From Acidobacteriota bacterium (GTDB taxonomy: Bacteria; Acidobacteriota; Blastocatellia; RBC074): a stretch of DNA of 64,000 nucleotides. Below the pieces are notes generated by a model. That model was not told where the DNA came from. It ran no database searches and was given only the letters and a program-made list of their open reading frames with translations. The DNA lies in NCBI GenBank assembly GCA_031423495.1, contig JANPFP010000066.1:26380-90379 (forward strand). Direction: 5' to 3'. Every line of letters starts with the position of its first letter. Position 1 is the first letter of the stretch. Both the position numbers and the translations under genes were made by a program. Shown here in pieces: positions 49,692 to 62,439 of this stretch.

Positions 49692-51175
49692 AAAACCTAA
49701 ACATGTCTGAGTCATTGCAACATCTCTATCGTCGCGTCGAAAAACCGCAATCGCGCCGCGCCTGGTTACGCGCCGCCGGACTCGGTTTCGGCTCGCTGGC
49801 ATTGGCTGGATTGTGCGGCGAAGAAAATCAGGCATACGCCACTCCGCACTCCGCACTCCTCACTCCGCAATCAGAGAATCCGCTCGCGCCGAAAGCGCCG
49901 CATTTCGCGCCCAAAGCCAAGCGCGTGATCTTTCTGTTTATGCACGGCGGGCCTTCGAGCATTGATTCGTTCGACCCGAAAGAGCGTCTCATCCGCGATC
50001 ACGGCAAGCCATTGCCGATCAAGCGACCGCTGGCGTTTGCCGATGGCAAGATGGGGCCGTTGATGCGTCCGCTGTGGGATTTCAGGCCGGGCGGCAAGAG
50101 CGGCATTCCGGTGAGTGACTTGTGGCCGAACGTGCGCGACGTAGTGGACGAGCTTTGCATCATCCGCTCAATGGTCGGCGAGGGCGTAGACCACGGCGCG
50201 GCGTTGTTGCAATCGTTCACTGGCTCTTCGACGTTTGTGCGTCCGAGCATGGGTTCGTGGTCGCTTTATGGTTTGGGGACTGAGAATCAGAACCTGCCGG
50301 GGTTCATTACGATCAAGCCTTCGCTGTCGCACGGCGGAGCTAAAAACTGGGCTTCGGCGTTTTTGCCCGGCGCTTATCAAGGTACGGCCATCGGCAATTC
50401 CGGCCTTAAAGTAGACGACATCAAAAATCAGCCGATTGATTACCTCGTAGGCAAACATCTGACCGGCGACGCGCAGCGTTTCGAGCTGGAGATGTTGCAA
50501 AACATCAATCGCCGCCATCAGGAATTGCGCAAGCAAGACACGCAACTCGAAGCGCGCATTCAAGCCTTCGAACTCGCCTTTCGCATGCAATCAGAAGCGC
50601 CCGAAGCGTTTCAGGTAGACAAAGAATCTGACGCGACCAAAAAACTTTATGGCATGGATAACCCGTTGACGGCTGATTTCGGCTGGCAATGTTTGCTCGC
50701 GCGGCGCTTGGCCGAACGTGGCGTGCGCTACATTCAATGCACGCACAGTTACAAATGGGATCAGCACGAAGACCTGTACAACCTGCACAACAAAAACGCG
50801 CGCGAAGTTGACCTGCCCATTGCCGGATTGATTCGTGACTTGAAGTCGCGCGATTTGTTGAAAGATACGCTGGTGATTTGGGCGGGTGAGTTCGGACGCA
50901 CGCCGGTCAGCGAAAGCGGCGACGGACGCGACCATAATCCTTACGGCTATACGATCTGGATGGCGGGCGGCGGCGTGAAGCCCGGCTTCGTTTACGGCGC
51001 GACGGACGAGATTGGTTATCACGCCGTCGAAGACCGCATGCACATCAACGACTTCCACGCGACCGTGTTGCACCTGCTCGGCCTCGACCACGAACGGCTG
51101 ACCTATCAATACAGCGGACGCAATTTCAGGCTGACCGACGTAGCGGGCGTCGTCGCCAACAAGATCATCGCGTAG
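49688..51175 (+). CDS. DUF1501 family protein (Tat signal); an orphan, with no adjacent DUF1549/1553 partner
   Basis: RRAWLRAAGLGFGSLALAGL (Tat-like), and it is homologous over its whole length to the 23484–24920 DUF1501 gene. Confidence 0.8.
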   Translation: MKNLNMSESLQHLYRRVEKPQSRRAWLRAAGLGFGSLALAGLCGEENQAYATPHSALLTPQSENPLAPKAPHFAPKAKRVIFLFMHGGPSSIDSFDPKERLIRDHGKPLPIKRPLAFADGKMGPLMRPLWDFRPGGKSGIPVSDLWPNVRDVVDELCIIRSMVGEGVDHGAALLQSFTGSSTFVRPSMGSWSLYGLGTENQNLPGFITIKPSLSHGGAKNWASAFLPGAYQGTAIGNSGLKVDDIKNQPIDYLVGKHLTGDAQRFELEMLQNINRRHQELRKQDTQLEARIQAFELAFRMQSEAPEAFQVDKESDATKKLYGMDNPLTADFGWQCLLARRLAERGVRYIQCTHSYKWDQHEDLYNLHNKNAREVDLPIAGLIRDLKSRDLLKDTLVIWAGEFGRTPVSESGDGRDHNPYGYTIWMAGGGVKPGFVYGATDEIGYHAVEDRMHINDFHATVLHLLGLDHERLTYQYSGRNFRLTDVAGVVANKIIA

Positions 51176-52535
51176 CTGTCAGCACACGAATCGGGTTCGC
51201 ATAAATCCACGGACGCAACTCGCCATCAAGTGACAGCCACACTTCGGCGCGATAGGTTCCCGGTTCGGGCAGCGCGTATGAAAAATCCTGTGCCTCAGCG
51301 GTTTGCACCAGCTTGCCATTGCGAAAGAGTTTGATCGTAGCCGCCACCGGCGCAGCCACACGCAACTGCAAGCCTTGCGCAAATTTGATCTCGTCGCCCA
51401 TCACGCCGACTTGCCGTTTGCCCTGATTCGCTACGAACGCAAAGCCCGTCGGATCACACAGCCAATCGTGCGCGACATAAGCGTGCGCTTGCGTGAGCGC
51501 CGTGCGAACGGCGCTTTCAGTTTGCGCCGCCGCCAGAATGTGCGTCGTGACGTAACGCAAGCTGCGTTCGTAAGGGTCAATATCCACTTGCGCAATTACC
51601 TCGCCGACCGCTTTGCCTTGGGTCAATTCGGGAATGCGCGGCGCTTTCTTTGCCGTCACCTTAAACGTAGGCTCTTTGTCGCCCGTCAGCCATATTTCGA
51701 TGGCGTCAGGCGCGGCGACTTTGACGGTGATGACTTGATTGTGATGGCAATCGTTCGCGGCGATACCGGTGACGCGATGAAGCTGGCTGTCGGCGTCCCA
51801 CTTGGCAATGTAATCAGCCAGATAATCCTGCTGCGAACCGAAGAATTCCTGCGGATAGTCAGCCAGCAACTTTTGCAAATTCGCAATGCCATCTGGGTCA
51901 GCCAGCGTCATTTGCAACCAACCCAAAAACTCGCGCTCCGTTTTGAAATCGGCGTGATGGTTATAGATTTCCATCCCCGTCAATTGATCGGTAGCCCAAT
52001 CTGGACGCTCTTCGATATGCGAGAGAAAGATGTTGCCGCCATTGGCCGTGACCGCGCTGATGAGTTCTGCGCGCGAAGCAGTTTTGCGATTCATGATCGA
52101 AGTCTGCGGATAAGCCAGAAATCCTTCGTGTTCCGCGCCGGGGATGAACAGCACGCCTTCGCGCAAGCCGCGCCAACTGTCGTTGATGAAGTCCACCGGC
52201 GGGCGCACGTGATTGGTGAGCAGCACAACCTGCACACCCGTACGCTTGCACGCCGCCAGTAACTCAGGTCGCGTCCCGCCCGTATGCGCCGAGTCTTCGG
52301 CGTGTACGTGCATGATCGCGCGCAGGTCTTTGAGTTGCTTGATGACGTTGACGGATTTGCGTTCGCGTTGATATCGCTCGCGGTCGGCTTTGACGGCTTG
52401 CAGGCGTGCGGGTTGCAGGCGTTCGACGGTCGTGTATTTGCGTGCAGGTTGCGGAGTTTGTGCAACCATCGGATGCGGCCCAAGCAAACAGCCGACGACG
52501 ATGCAAAACAGACGATGGAGTAGTTTTTTCATCAT
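51165..52535 (-). CDS. PHP-domain metal-dependent phosphoesterase, secreted
   Basis: MHVHAEDSAHTGG (PHP HxH motif), with signal peptide MMKKLLHRLFCIVVGCLLGPHPMVAQ. Start set at the internal Met (52535) rather than the track's 52598. Confidence 0.6.
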   Translation of the reverse strand: MMKKLLHRLFCIVVGCLLGPHPMVAQTPQPARKYTTVERLQPARLQAVKADRERYQRERKSVNVIKQLKDLRAIMHVHAEDSAHTGGTRPELLAACKRTGVQVVLLTNHVRPPVDFINDSWRGLREGVLFIPGAEHEGFLAYPQTSIMNRKTASRAELISAVTANGGNIFLSHIEERPDWATDQLTGMEIYNHHADFKTEREFLGWLQMTLADPDGIANLQKLLADYPQEFFGSQQDYLADYIAKWDADSQLHRVTGIAANDCHHNQVITVKVAAPDAIEIWLTGDKEPTFKVTAKKAPRIPELTQGKAVGEVIAQVDIDPYERSLRYVTTHILAAAQTESAVRTALTQAHAYVAHDWLCDPTGFAFVANQGKRQVGVMGDEIKFAQGLQLRVAAPVAATIKLFRNGKLVQTAEAQDFSYALPEPGTYRAEVWLSLDGELRPWIYANPIRVLTATR

Positions 52536-52616
52536 CAAGATAAGGTGGAGCGCAACAGCTTCGGGATAGTCGAGATAGACGAAGCCTTCAGTCACCACGG
52601 CGTTTTATAGACATCA

Positions 52617-52846
52617 AGAAAATGATTTTCCAAAAAAGCCCCAACGGGGCGATGGTAAAACAGCCCGGGGTGAAGCCCTGGGATAAAGTACGCGCGACAA
52701 ACAAGCCCTGAAAGGGCGTGATAGTTGCGCGATTATTTCGCCCTTTCAGGGCTTGCCGAAAATCCCCGTTTCGTTCCCAGGGCTTCACCCTGGGCTTTAA
52801 TACAGTCGCCCCGTTGGGGCTTTCTGCGGAGGATCATTTTCTTGAA
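52617..52846. repeat. ~230-nt imperfect palindrome (two ~110-nt arms, each containing three short hairpins) between the 129-aa gene stop and the PHP gene; MITE-like or structured-RNA candidate
   Basis: Arm 1, 52618–52727 (…aaagccccaacggggcga…cccggggtgaagccctggg…caagccctgaaagggcg), is reverse-complementary to arm 2, 52739–52846. Confidence 0.7.
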
Positions 52847-52848
52847 AG

Positions 52849-53238
52849 CTATAGCTCCTCAAACGCTTCGCCATATTGGTTCAGGGTACGCTCGACCGCT
52901 GATTTTATCGCGGGCGACGGCGACGGCAGGACTTCAACCCGCAGCGCGCCGTGTTTGGCATAAATCGTCAACAACGAACCGGACGCAAAGCCCGCCGCCG
53001 CCGCCAAGTCTGACGGCATCTCAAGAAACCAGCCCGGCTCGCGTTGCCGCGCTTCTTCAGTTTGCACTGCCAGATTCATCAACGCGGTAATTTTGCCGGG
53101 GCGCGCAAACAACGTAACCAGCGAACCGGCAGGCACGCCAAACAGGTCTTCGGCAATTTCTTTGGGCATCGCCGCAATCCAGGCTTGATCTATGCGCTGC
53201 GGCGTTTCAGTCAGCGTTAAAGCGGTTGATAAACTCAT
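52849..53238 (-). CDS. Hypothetical protein with two tandem AbrB/MazE-like (swapped-hairpin) segments
   Basis: Internal duplication: MPKEIAEDLFGVPAGSLVTLFARPGKITALMNL / MPSDLAAAAGFASGSLLTIYAKHGALRVEVL. Confidence 0.4.
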   Translation of the reverse strand: MSLSTALTLTETPQRIDQAWIAAMPKEIAEDLFGVPAGSLVTLFARPGKITALMNLAVQTEEARQREPGWFLEMPSDLAAAAGFASGSLLTIYAKHGALRVEVLPSPSPAIKSAVERTLNQYGEAFEEL

Positions 53239-53319
53239 TGCGAACTCCTTTGGTCGGCATCCTAACGCACGAAACAGCTTTGTCGTAGTGTCATCACGGA
53301 GCGCCTTGTTGAAAGGCGC

Positions 53320-53787
53320 TCATGCTTCTCGCCCGCTTTCGGCGAGGGCTTGCCGCCGCATTTTCGTGATGGTGGTTTCTCTGAAAAAATCTATGGCGTA
53401 CCCAAGCGGCGTCGTTTCGTAATCACCTTCGGCGAGTGGGTCAGCGCCGTGCTGCAACAACAGCGCGATAATGTCTTCGTAACCGCCCATCACTGCCCAG
53501 TGCAACGGCGTATGGTTGTGATCGTCAAAAGCATTGATGGGCAGATTTCTTTGCAGGTAATCTTTGACGGCTTCGTAATCACACCGCATTACGGCAAGGT
53601 GCAGCGGAAATTCTTGCGCATCGCTTGAATGGGCAGATGGTGTTATCCCGTATTTGTCTGACAACTGGTGCAGCGCTTCGCGTGCTGGTAATCCTTCGCC
53701 CCGCGCGAAACTTTCGATGCCTTCACGTATGGTTGCCACTGTAGCTGCACGTTCTTCAATTTCAATTCGCTTTGGCTCGTTGCTCAT
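53320..53787 (-). CDS. Ankyrin-repeat protein
   Basis: TPLHWAVMGGYEDIIALLLQHGADPLA and PLHLAVMRCDYEAVKDYL ankyrin signatures. Confidence 0.7.
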   Translation of the reverse strand: MSNEPKRIEIEERAATVATIREGIESFARGEGLPAREALHQLSDKYGITPSAHSSDAQEFPLHLAVMRCDYEAVKDYLQRNLPINAFDDHNHTPLHWAVMGGYEDIIALLLQHGADPLAEGDYETTPLGYAIDFFRETTITKMRRQALAESGREA

Positions 53788-53806
53788 TTTGGCCCCAACC
53801 CTTCTG

Positions 53807-54707
53807 CTACTTAAACTCCAAAGGCAATACGCCTTCCATCATAACTGGCATATTGCCCAGCTTCATTGGCTTGAACTTCCATTGTCTGGCGGCTTCAAGC
53901 GCTGCCACACGCAACATCAGATGACCGCTGATGGCATCTGCGCTAATGACATCGCCTTCGTTTGAAACTGTGATTTTGATTTCTACGAGGCCTTTTGCCC
54001 GCAGATGTGCAGGAGTTAGAGGTTGTACTTTCTTAGTCGCTTGCTCTATCAAGACGCCGGAAGAAACCTTTATCTTTCTTGGCTTGGCATTCTTTTCATC
54101 ATTCTGCGAACGTGTGGCTGCTGCTTCGACTTCTTGCGCATTGAGCGGTTGCGCCTTGAATGAATCGAAATAGGCTTTCACGCCAGCAGCTTCTTCGTCT
54201 CCAACCCGCGCCAATGCCCACACCTGATAAACCCGTTGACCAATCAGATAAATCCGCGTGTGAAATATTCGGTTACCATCGTCTGGCTTAGTGGTAAACG
54301 AGCGAACTGGCAAACCATTGAACGTTAGGTTGTCTTCCTTGCTGAGCTTAACCGAATACATTTTCAGCATGTGATCGCGCGTGCGATCAAAGCGGTTTTG
54401 ACTGGCTGCCTCGTCCGCAGGCGCAGCAGGCAAATCAAAGTAAGCGACTGTCCAGGCTTTTTCATCAATGATCAGATTGGTGACGTAAGTCGTGGAGCTT
54501 TCTGAATCGGCTCCGACAGGGCGATAGCCGGTGGTTGGTTCGCCTGGCAACAAGATGCTGAACTTGCCTTGCGACGAAACATACTCTTTCCAGTTCAGCG
54601 GCTTTGATTGTGCCACGGCGCAGATCGCGGCAAGGCACAGTGAAAAGATAACGCTTGCGATTCTGACTGAAGCCAACAATCTCGAACTTTTCATATTTAC
54701 CTCACAG

Positions 54708-54718
<11 letters not shown>
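53807..54718 (-). CDS. TonB C-terminal domain protein (energy transducer-like), with signal peptide
   Basis: Signal or TM segment [25 protein letters not shown] and a C-terminal TonB_C-like region [23 protein letters not shown]...[16 protein letters not shown]. An 11-nt overlap with the metH stop. Confidence 0.55.
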
Positions 54719-58400
<3,682 letters not shown>

Positions 58401-58432
58401 TATGACTCCAAATAAGAAACAGTAATTCTATT

Positions 58433-59752
58433 TTATTTACGCTTTGTGTAGTGTTTGTCGAACTCTTTCAAGATTTCCATACTGTAAAATTTCTGTTGTG
58501 ATCCCTTTTTCTCGATCACATTCAGGTAATTTATGCGGCAAAATCTGCCTAGATGTTTTTCTTGATCTTCAAGCTCTTTCTTGATTTTGTGAAAACGGTT
58601 ATCAGGCCTGAAGTTGATATACCTGTCTTTGAGTTTTTCTACTAAAGCAGCATACGTTAGTGGGTATTTGTTCTTAAAAATGCTCTCTTCCGAAACTCGA
58701 ATTTCAGGAGCTTCTGGATTATCTGTGTAGCGAACATCCAATGCTTGTGCGGTTGAACTTGCTTTCACGAAATGAGTTTGGATTCTTAAAGTAATGTTGT
58801 AGGACGCACTTGCATCTGAAGGATATTGATCTTCGACGGACTGAAAATGCTTTAGGATGTTTTCGATCTGTTTATCACTATGTAAGATAGAATGGCTTTC
58901 GATATCCGTTACGTGGAAAAACGACATCGGCATCAAATAGAAGTTGTATTGCGAGAGGTCTTTATCAAACCATTCCCCTACGGCTGTCACATAATTGCTC
59001 AACCCCGCCGTACCGACTTCTTGGATTTTGCGATTCAGGTTTTTGCTTTTGTTTATAAAGTGAATGGCGTTGTCACGTATTTCCATCAATAAACTAATAT
59101 TTTCTCGACATCTAGCATCAAGCAATTTTTGGTCAACAAGCTGTTGCAGTGCATAGTTAATATCAATTGTCAGCGGATTTCCTGCTCTATTAAGCTTGGT
59201 ATTTCCTTCTTTATCTGTGGCTTGAATCGATCGAATATCGTTATCGTTGATCGCTAATATCTTAGCTTTAAGCAAAAGTTCCCAAGCATTGACCAACAAG
59301 ATGGAAAAAGTTTCCTCGCGGTACTTGAAATCGGGCTTGTTATAGATTTCTATTGCCGAAACGCAGGCAGCTACTGACTTCTCAAGAACAGCTTTCAACC
59401 TTCCTTTAATTTCAGCTTTTGGTTTTTTGTAACCTACAACACTCCGACACGTCTCCCCCTTTGCATTTTTGAAAAGATAGTTATTGCCTTTTCCGTCACC
59501 TTTGAAAATAAATCCATCTTTTCTCAAATCCCGAATTAACCCTGCGGGCTGTGAGCTAATGCGTGCAAGTTCTTCTGTCGTCGCCTCTCGCTTATACGTA
59601 AGAATAAGGAAAGCCATTTTCTTTGAACTCGCTTTAGGAAAGCAATTCAGGGAAAGAATGGTTTCATCCATCGCAGGATTCTGAGATAAGGAGTACTCTC
59701 TAACACATTGCCTCACTACTTTTTTAACTAAATCAAGCTGCTGAGTAGTCAT
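58433..59752 (-). CDS. Low-GC (about 40%) 439-aa protein with an N-terminal winged-helix-like region and a HEPN-type Rx4H motif (MEIRDNAIHF); Abi-like candidate defence protein
   Basis: GC content drops sharply. Motifs AIEIYNKPDFKYREETFSILLVNAWELLLKAKIL and EIRDNAIHF (R-x4-H). Confidence 0.55.
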   Translation of the reverse strand: MTTQQLDLVKKVVRQCVREYSLSQNPAMDETILSLNCFPKASSKKMAFLILTYKREATTEELARISSQPAGLIRDLRKDGFIFKGDGKGNNYLFKNAKGETCRSVVGYKKPKAEIKGRLKAVLEKSVAACVSAIEIYNKPDFKYREETFSILLVNAWELLLKAKILAINDNDIRSIQATDKEGNTKLNRAGNPLTIDINYALQQLVDQKLLDARCRENISLLMEIRDNAIHFINKSKNLNRKIQEVGTAGLSNYVTAVGEWFDKDLSQYNFYLMPMSFFHVTDIESHSILHSDKQIENILKHFQSVEDQYPSDASASYNITLRIQTHFVKASSTAQALDVRYTDNPEAPEIRVSEESIFKNKYPLTYAALVEKLKDRYINFRPDNRFHKIKKELEDQEKHLGRFCRINYLNVIEKKGSQQKFYSMEILKEFDKHYTKRK

Positions 59753-59866
59753 TTGCGTCTTTCCTGATTTTGCCTATTCGACCTGTGGGGCGTGGCCCCT
59801 ATTCATTTTCAGCCATTCCGGCAAGTCAGAGACTTGCCGCACATCACTGCGGCAAAGCCGCAGCAA

Positions 59867-60112
59867 TCACGCTTGCCTCAATTCTTCCAGCGTGAGTAAG
59901 TCCGCTTCAAAATCAGCCACGCCATAATGGATGGGAATGTCGCGGCTGCCCAGCAGTTGTTGGAACTGCCACTGGCTCATTCCGGCCAAACGGCTGGCTT
60001 GTCCGAACGTGAGCTTTTCACGTTGAAACAAGGCCAGCGCCAGTTCTTGTATTAACTCGGCTGCCGTCAGCCGAGTTGATTGCACGATCTCATCTGCAAT
60101 GACAATGCTCAT
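59867..60112 (-). CDS. UPF0175-family antitoxin-like protein (81 aa)
   Basis: LTFGQASRLAGMSQWQFQQLLGSRDIPIHYGVADFEADLLTL matches the UPF0175 consensus (…G.P..Y..EDLEED). Confidence 0.6.
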   Translation of the reverse strand: MSIVIADEIVQSTRLTAAELIQELALALFQREKLTFGQASRLAGMSQWQFQQLLGSRDIPIHYGVADFEADLLTLEELRQA

Positions 60113-60345
60113 TGTTTAACCTCCGTGTTGTTGGCGTCTCCTGCCAGTTCGCGTAAGTCCGCCAGAAAGAGCGGATCGTTCATGGCATCGCGCATCGCCG
60201 CTAGCTTGTCAGTGTCTGGCGTACGCAAGGTGACTTCCATCTTTGCGCCTTCGGTCAATGCCAGCGGTTGCAACGGGCGCAACAGCCCTTGTTCGTAAAT
60301 TACTTCAACGATCATCGTCATCGTATTTACCTCTTTCTTCAGCAA
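60109..60345 (-). CDS. DUF104 / AF2212-like antitoxin-like protein (78 aa)
   Basis: MTMIVEVIYEQGLLRPLQPLALTEGAKMEVTL matches the PF01954 consensus (IxAVYENGVLKPLEPLDLPEG). Confidence 0.6.
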   Translation of the reverse strand: MLKKEVNTMTMIVEVIYEQGLLRPLQPLALTEGAKMEVTLRTPDTDKLAAMRDAMNDPLFLADLRELAGDANNTEVKQ

Positions 60346-60572
60346 GCGGAAGTCTTCAAAATTTTCGGCGTGTATGAGTCAGCTTCAAAATCAGCCACGT
60401 CGTAATGCGTATCCTGCTGACTTGGCAATGACGGCGGTAACGCCGCCGCAAATTGTCGCTGGAACTCAACCGCTCGCGCGATGATTTCTTCCCAGTCATT
60501 TCCAGCTTCGGCTTCGATAATCAGGCGTTGTTGACGCACTTCTTTCACGATTGGGTCTTCCCACATTGTCAT
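60339..60572 (-). CDS. Small protein (77 aa) sharing the C-terminal HY[DG]VADFEAD motif with the UPF0175 gene; a paralogous antitoxin-like protein
   Basis: MTMWEDPIVKEVRQQ...THYDVADFEADSYT. The track ORF (160 aa) overlaps the AbiEii gene, so the shorter form is taken. Confidence 0.4.
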   Translation of the reverse strand: MTMWEDPIVKEVRQQRLIIEAEAGNDWEEIIARAVEFQRQFAAALPPSLPSQQDTHYDVADFEADSYTPKILKTSAC

Positions 60573-60579
60573 ACCTCTA

Positions 60580-61254
60580 TTAACTGAGCAGCAATAACTC
60601 ATCTCCGAGCGTTTGCAATTCTGCCAAAAAACTCTCGCAAGCAGGTGGCTCAATCCAGCGCACGGCTTCCCAATCAGCTTGCGTGGTTTGGCATAAACGA
60701 CGAGCGAGGTCAGCCGGATAGATGCCGGAAGATTTGCTTTGCGCTCCGCTGAGGGCAGCGCGTAATGACAAACCGAGCTTGCCGCATAAGCCCCAGACAT
60801 CGGCCACGTCACGCGGTTCATCGCGTCCGATCAAGGCGGTTAATTTATTTGCCAGAATGTTTTCGGGGCTGTCTATGCGTCCGAGTTCGGGGTAGCGCGG
60901 ATCAACCTGAGGTGTGCCGACGCGCGAGCCTACGTCGTTAATCATCTCTATTTTTAGCGTCAGGTCATCGCGTAACAACAAGGCGCGCACGAAATATTGA
61001 TCTTTCAATACGACTTGCGTTTGCCAGCGGTCTTGCCGTTCCAATGCATCAACGATGCGCTCGGCCCATAGGCCGAAACGATCATCCCAATTGACGAACA
61101 AATCGAGATCGTCAGAGAACCGATGATGCAAATAAGCCCGCGACAACGCCGTACCGCCCGTTAGATAGAAATCGGTTTCAACCGCGTTGATGACCGACAG
61201 CGCCTCGTCTTGAAAAGGATAAAGATGGTCGTAGTAATAACTGCTATCTTCCAT
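60580..61254 (-). CDS. AbiEii/AbiGii-family nucleotidyltransferase (type IV TA toxin-like, DUF1814)
   Basis: FYLTGGTALSRAYLHHRFSDDLDLFV and KLTALIGRDEPRDVADV signatures. Confidence 0.65.
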   Translation of the reverse strand: MEDSSYYYDHLYPFQDEALSVINAVETDFYLTGGTALSRAYLHHRFSDDLDLFVNWDDRFGLWAERIVDALERQDRWQTQVVLKDQYFVRALLLRDDLTLKIEMINDVGSRVGTPQVDPRYPELGRIDSPENILANKLTALIGRDEPRDVADVWGLCGKLGLSLRAALSGAQSKSSGIYPADLARRLCQTTQADWEAVRWIEPPACESFLAELQTLGDELLLLS

Positions 61255-61558
61255 CTTCTGCCTCCTTGAGTAATTCAGCCAGTAATTCAGGATGATGTTT
61301 GGGAATCCATTCGACGACGAAATCCAAACCGCGTCGTTGCGATTCAGCCCGCACCCGCGAACGCCAATGCGGCCATTCGCGTACCAGCGCCGCGAAGCCG
61401 ATCTTGCGAATCATCTCGTCGTAACTCGCCCATTCGATCAGACGCACCGCCGCCCAGTCACGATCGAGCTTTCCGCGCCGCAACTTTCCGCTCAACAACG
61501 CGTCGAACTCTTCCTGACTCAGATCGTAATCCCAAACGTATTTCGCGCGATTCGTCAT
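61244..61558 (-). CDS. Hypothetical 104-aa protein translationally coupled (11-nt overlap) to the AbiEii-like gene; possible cognate partner
   Basis: Protein-like ORF; operon context. Confidence 0.4.
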   Translation of the reverse strand: MTNRAKYVWDYDLSQEEFDALLSGKLRRGKLDRDWAAVRLIEWASYDEMIRKIGFAALVREWPHWRSRVRAESQRRGLDFVVEWIPKHHPELLAELLKEAEDGR

Positions 61559-61583
61559 AGTTCAATTCCGTTACGCCGTACAC

Positions 61584-62027
61584 CTAAACCAGTTCTTTCT
61601 GTCGTATCACCATCCGATAAATGCGCATCAACTTGAGCCGGACTTCGGCATCTTTCTCTCCATAAACATCGGTGTGGGCGCGATTGATGTTGGGAGGTTC
61701 TGCGTCTGGTTGATAGATCGGCGTATGCACTACGGTTTGTTCGGGTATTTGCCTTACGTCTTCGACCTTGAGTTGAATCACCGCATTGTCGTGGGGATTT
61801 CTGGCGCGGTTGCGGCACGCTTCCGGCGACGAATACTTTTTCCAATCTGTAGACATTCCGTCGGTTGATTGCGGGCGATTTCTGAAAGCGCCGGGGAACG
61901 GTTCACCGTCTGCGTCGAGTTGGTTTTTATGCACCCGCATGAAAAGCAGCGCGTCATCGGGGATTGGTTCTTTTGCCCAGACCGGCGGAGTCTCATGGTT
62001 TATCGGGTCAGCCATAGCAAGATCCAT
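61584..62027 (-). CDS. Hypothetical protein (147 aa)
   Basis: Protein-like ORF; overlaps the upstream ORF by 28 nt. Confidence 0.4.
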   Translation of the reverse strand: MDLAMADPINHETPPVWAKEPIPDDALLFMRVHKNQLDADGEPFPGAFRNRPQSTDGMSTDWKKYSSPEACRNRARNPHDNAVIQLKVEDVRQIPEQTVVHTPIYQPDAEPPNINRAHTDVYGEKDAEVRLKLMRIYRMVIRQKELV

Positions 62028-62422
62028 TCGTTGGGCAGAGCGGTATTGAGTTTCCCTTTCACGGCGTCTTGCGCATCGCCTGTGCCGTAATAGTCCGCCG
62101 GGTTTTCAGCGCGTTCGGGGATATTGATCAGCAACTCACGCTCCGCCGTGCGCCAGTGCAAATCAATACTGCCTTCTGGGCCGGGCAGGATGCGCGGCGG
62201 TTCAATCCAAACGCCGAAGCGTTGTTGAAAGGCCAGAGCCGCCAGTTTCACAAACTCAGTCGCGCGCCGCCAAGTGGTTTCCCGAAAGCTCGGACTGCCT
62301 TCTTCATCCCAATCGTCCGGCAAATCGAGAATGCGGCGCGATGCGCGCAAGGCTTCAGCCAGCGTTTGGTTCAGCGGAATTTGATGGATCGTCTCGACAA
62401 CCATAATGTTTCGTCCTCTCAA
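62000..62422 (-). CDS. Hypothetical protein (140 aa)
   Basis: Protein-like ORF, 18 nt downstream of the large upstream gene. Confidence 0.4.
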   Translation of the reverse strand: MRGRNIMVVETIHQIPLNQTLAEALRASRRILDLPDDWDEEGSPSFRETTWRRATEFVKLAALAFQQRFGVWIEPPRILPGPEGSIDLHWRTAERELLINIPERAENPADYYGTGDAQDAVKGKLNTALPNEWILLWLTR

Positions 62423-62439
62423 TATTTACCGGCTCATTT

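Noticed and set aside
51303-52262. 319-aa plus-strand ORF
   Set aside because: Antisense to the PHP-domain gene.
60339-60821. 160-aa form of the ORF upstream of the DUF104 gene
   Set aside because: Its 5' two-thirds overlaps the AbiEii-like gene in another frame. Only the 77-aa C-terminal form (start 60572) is compatible.
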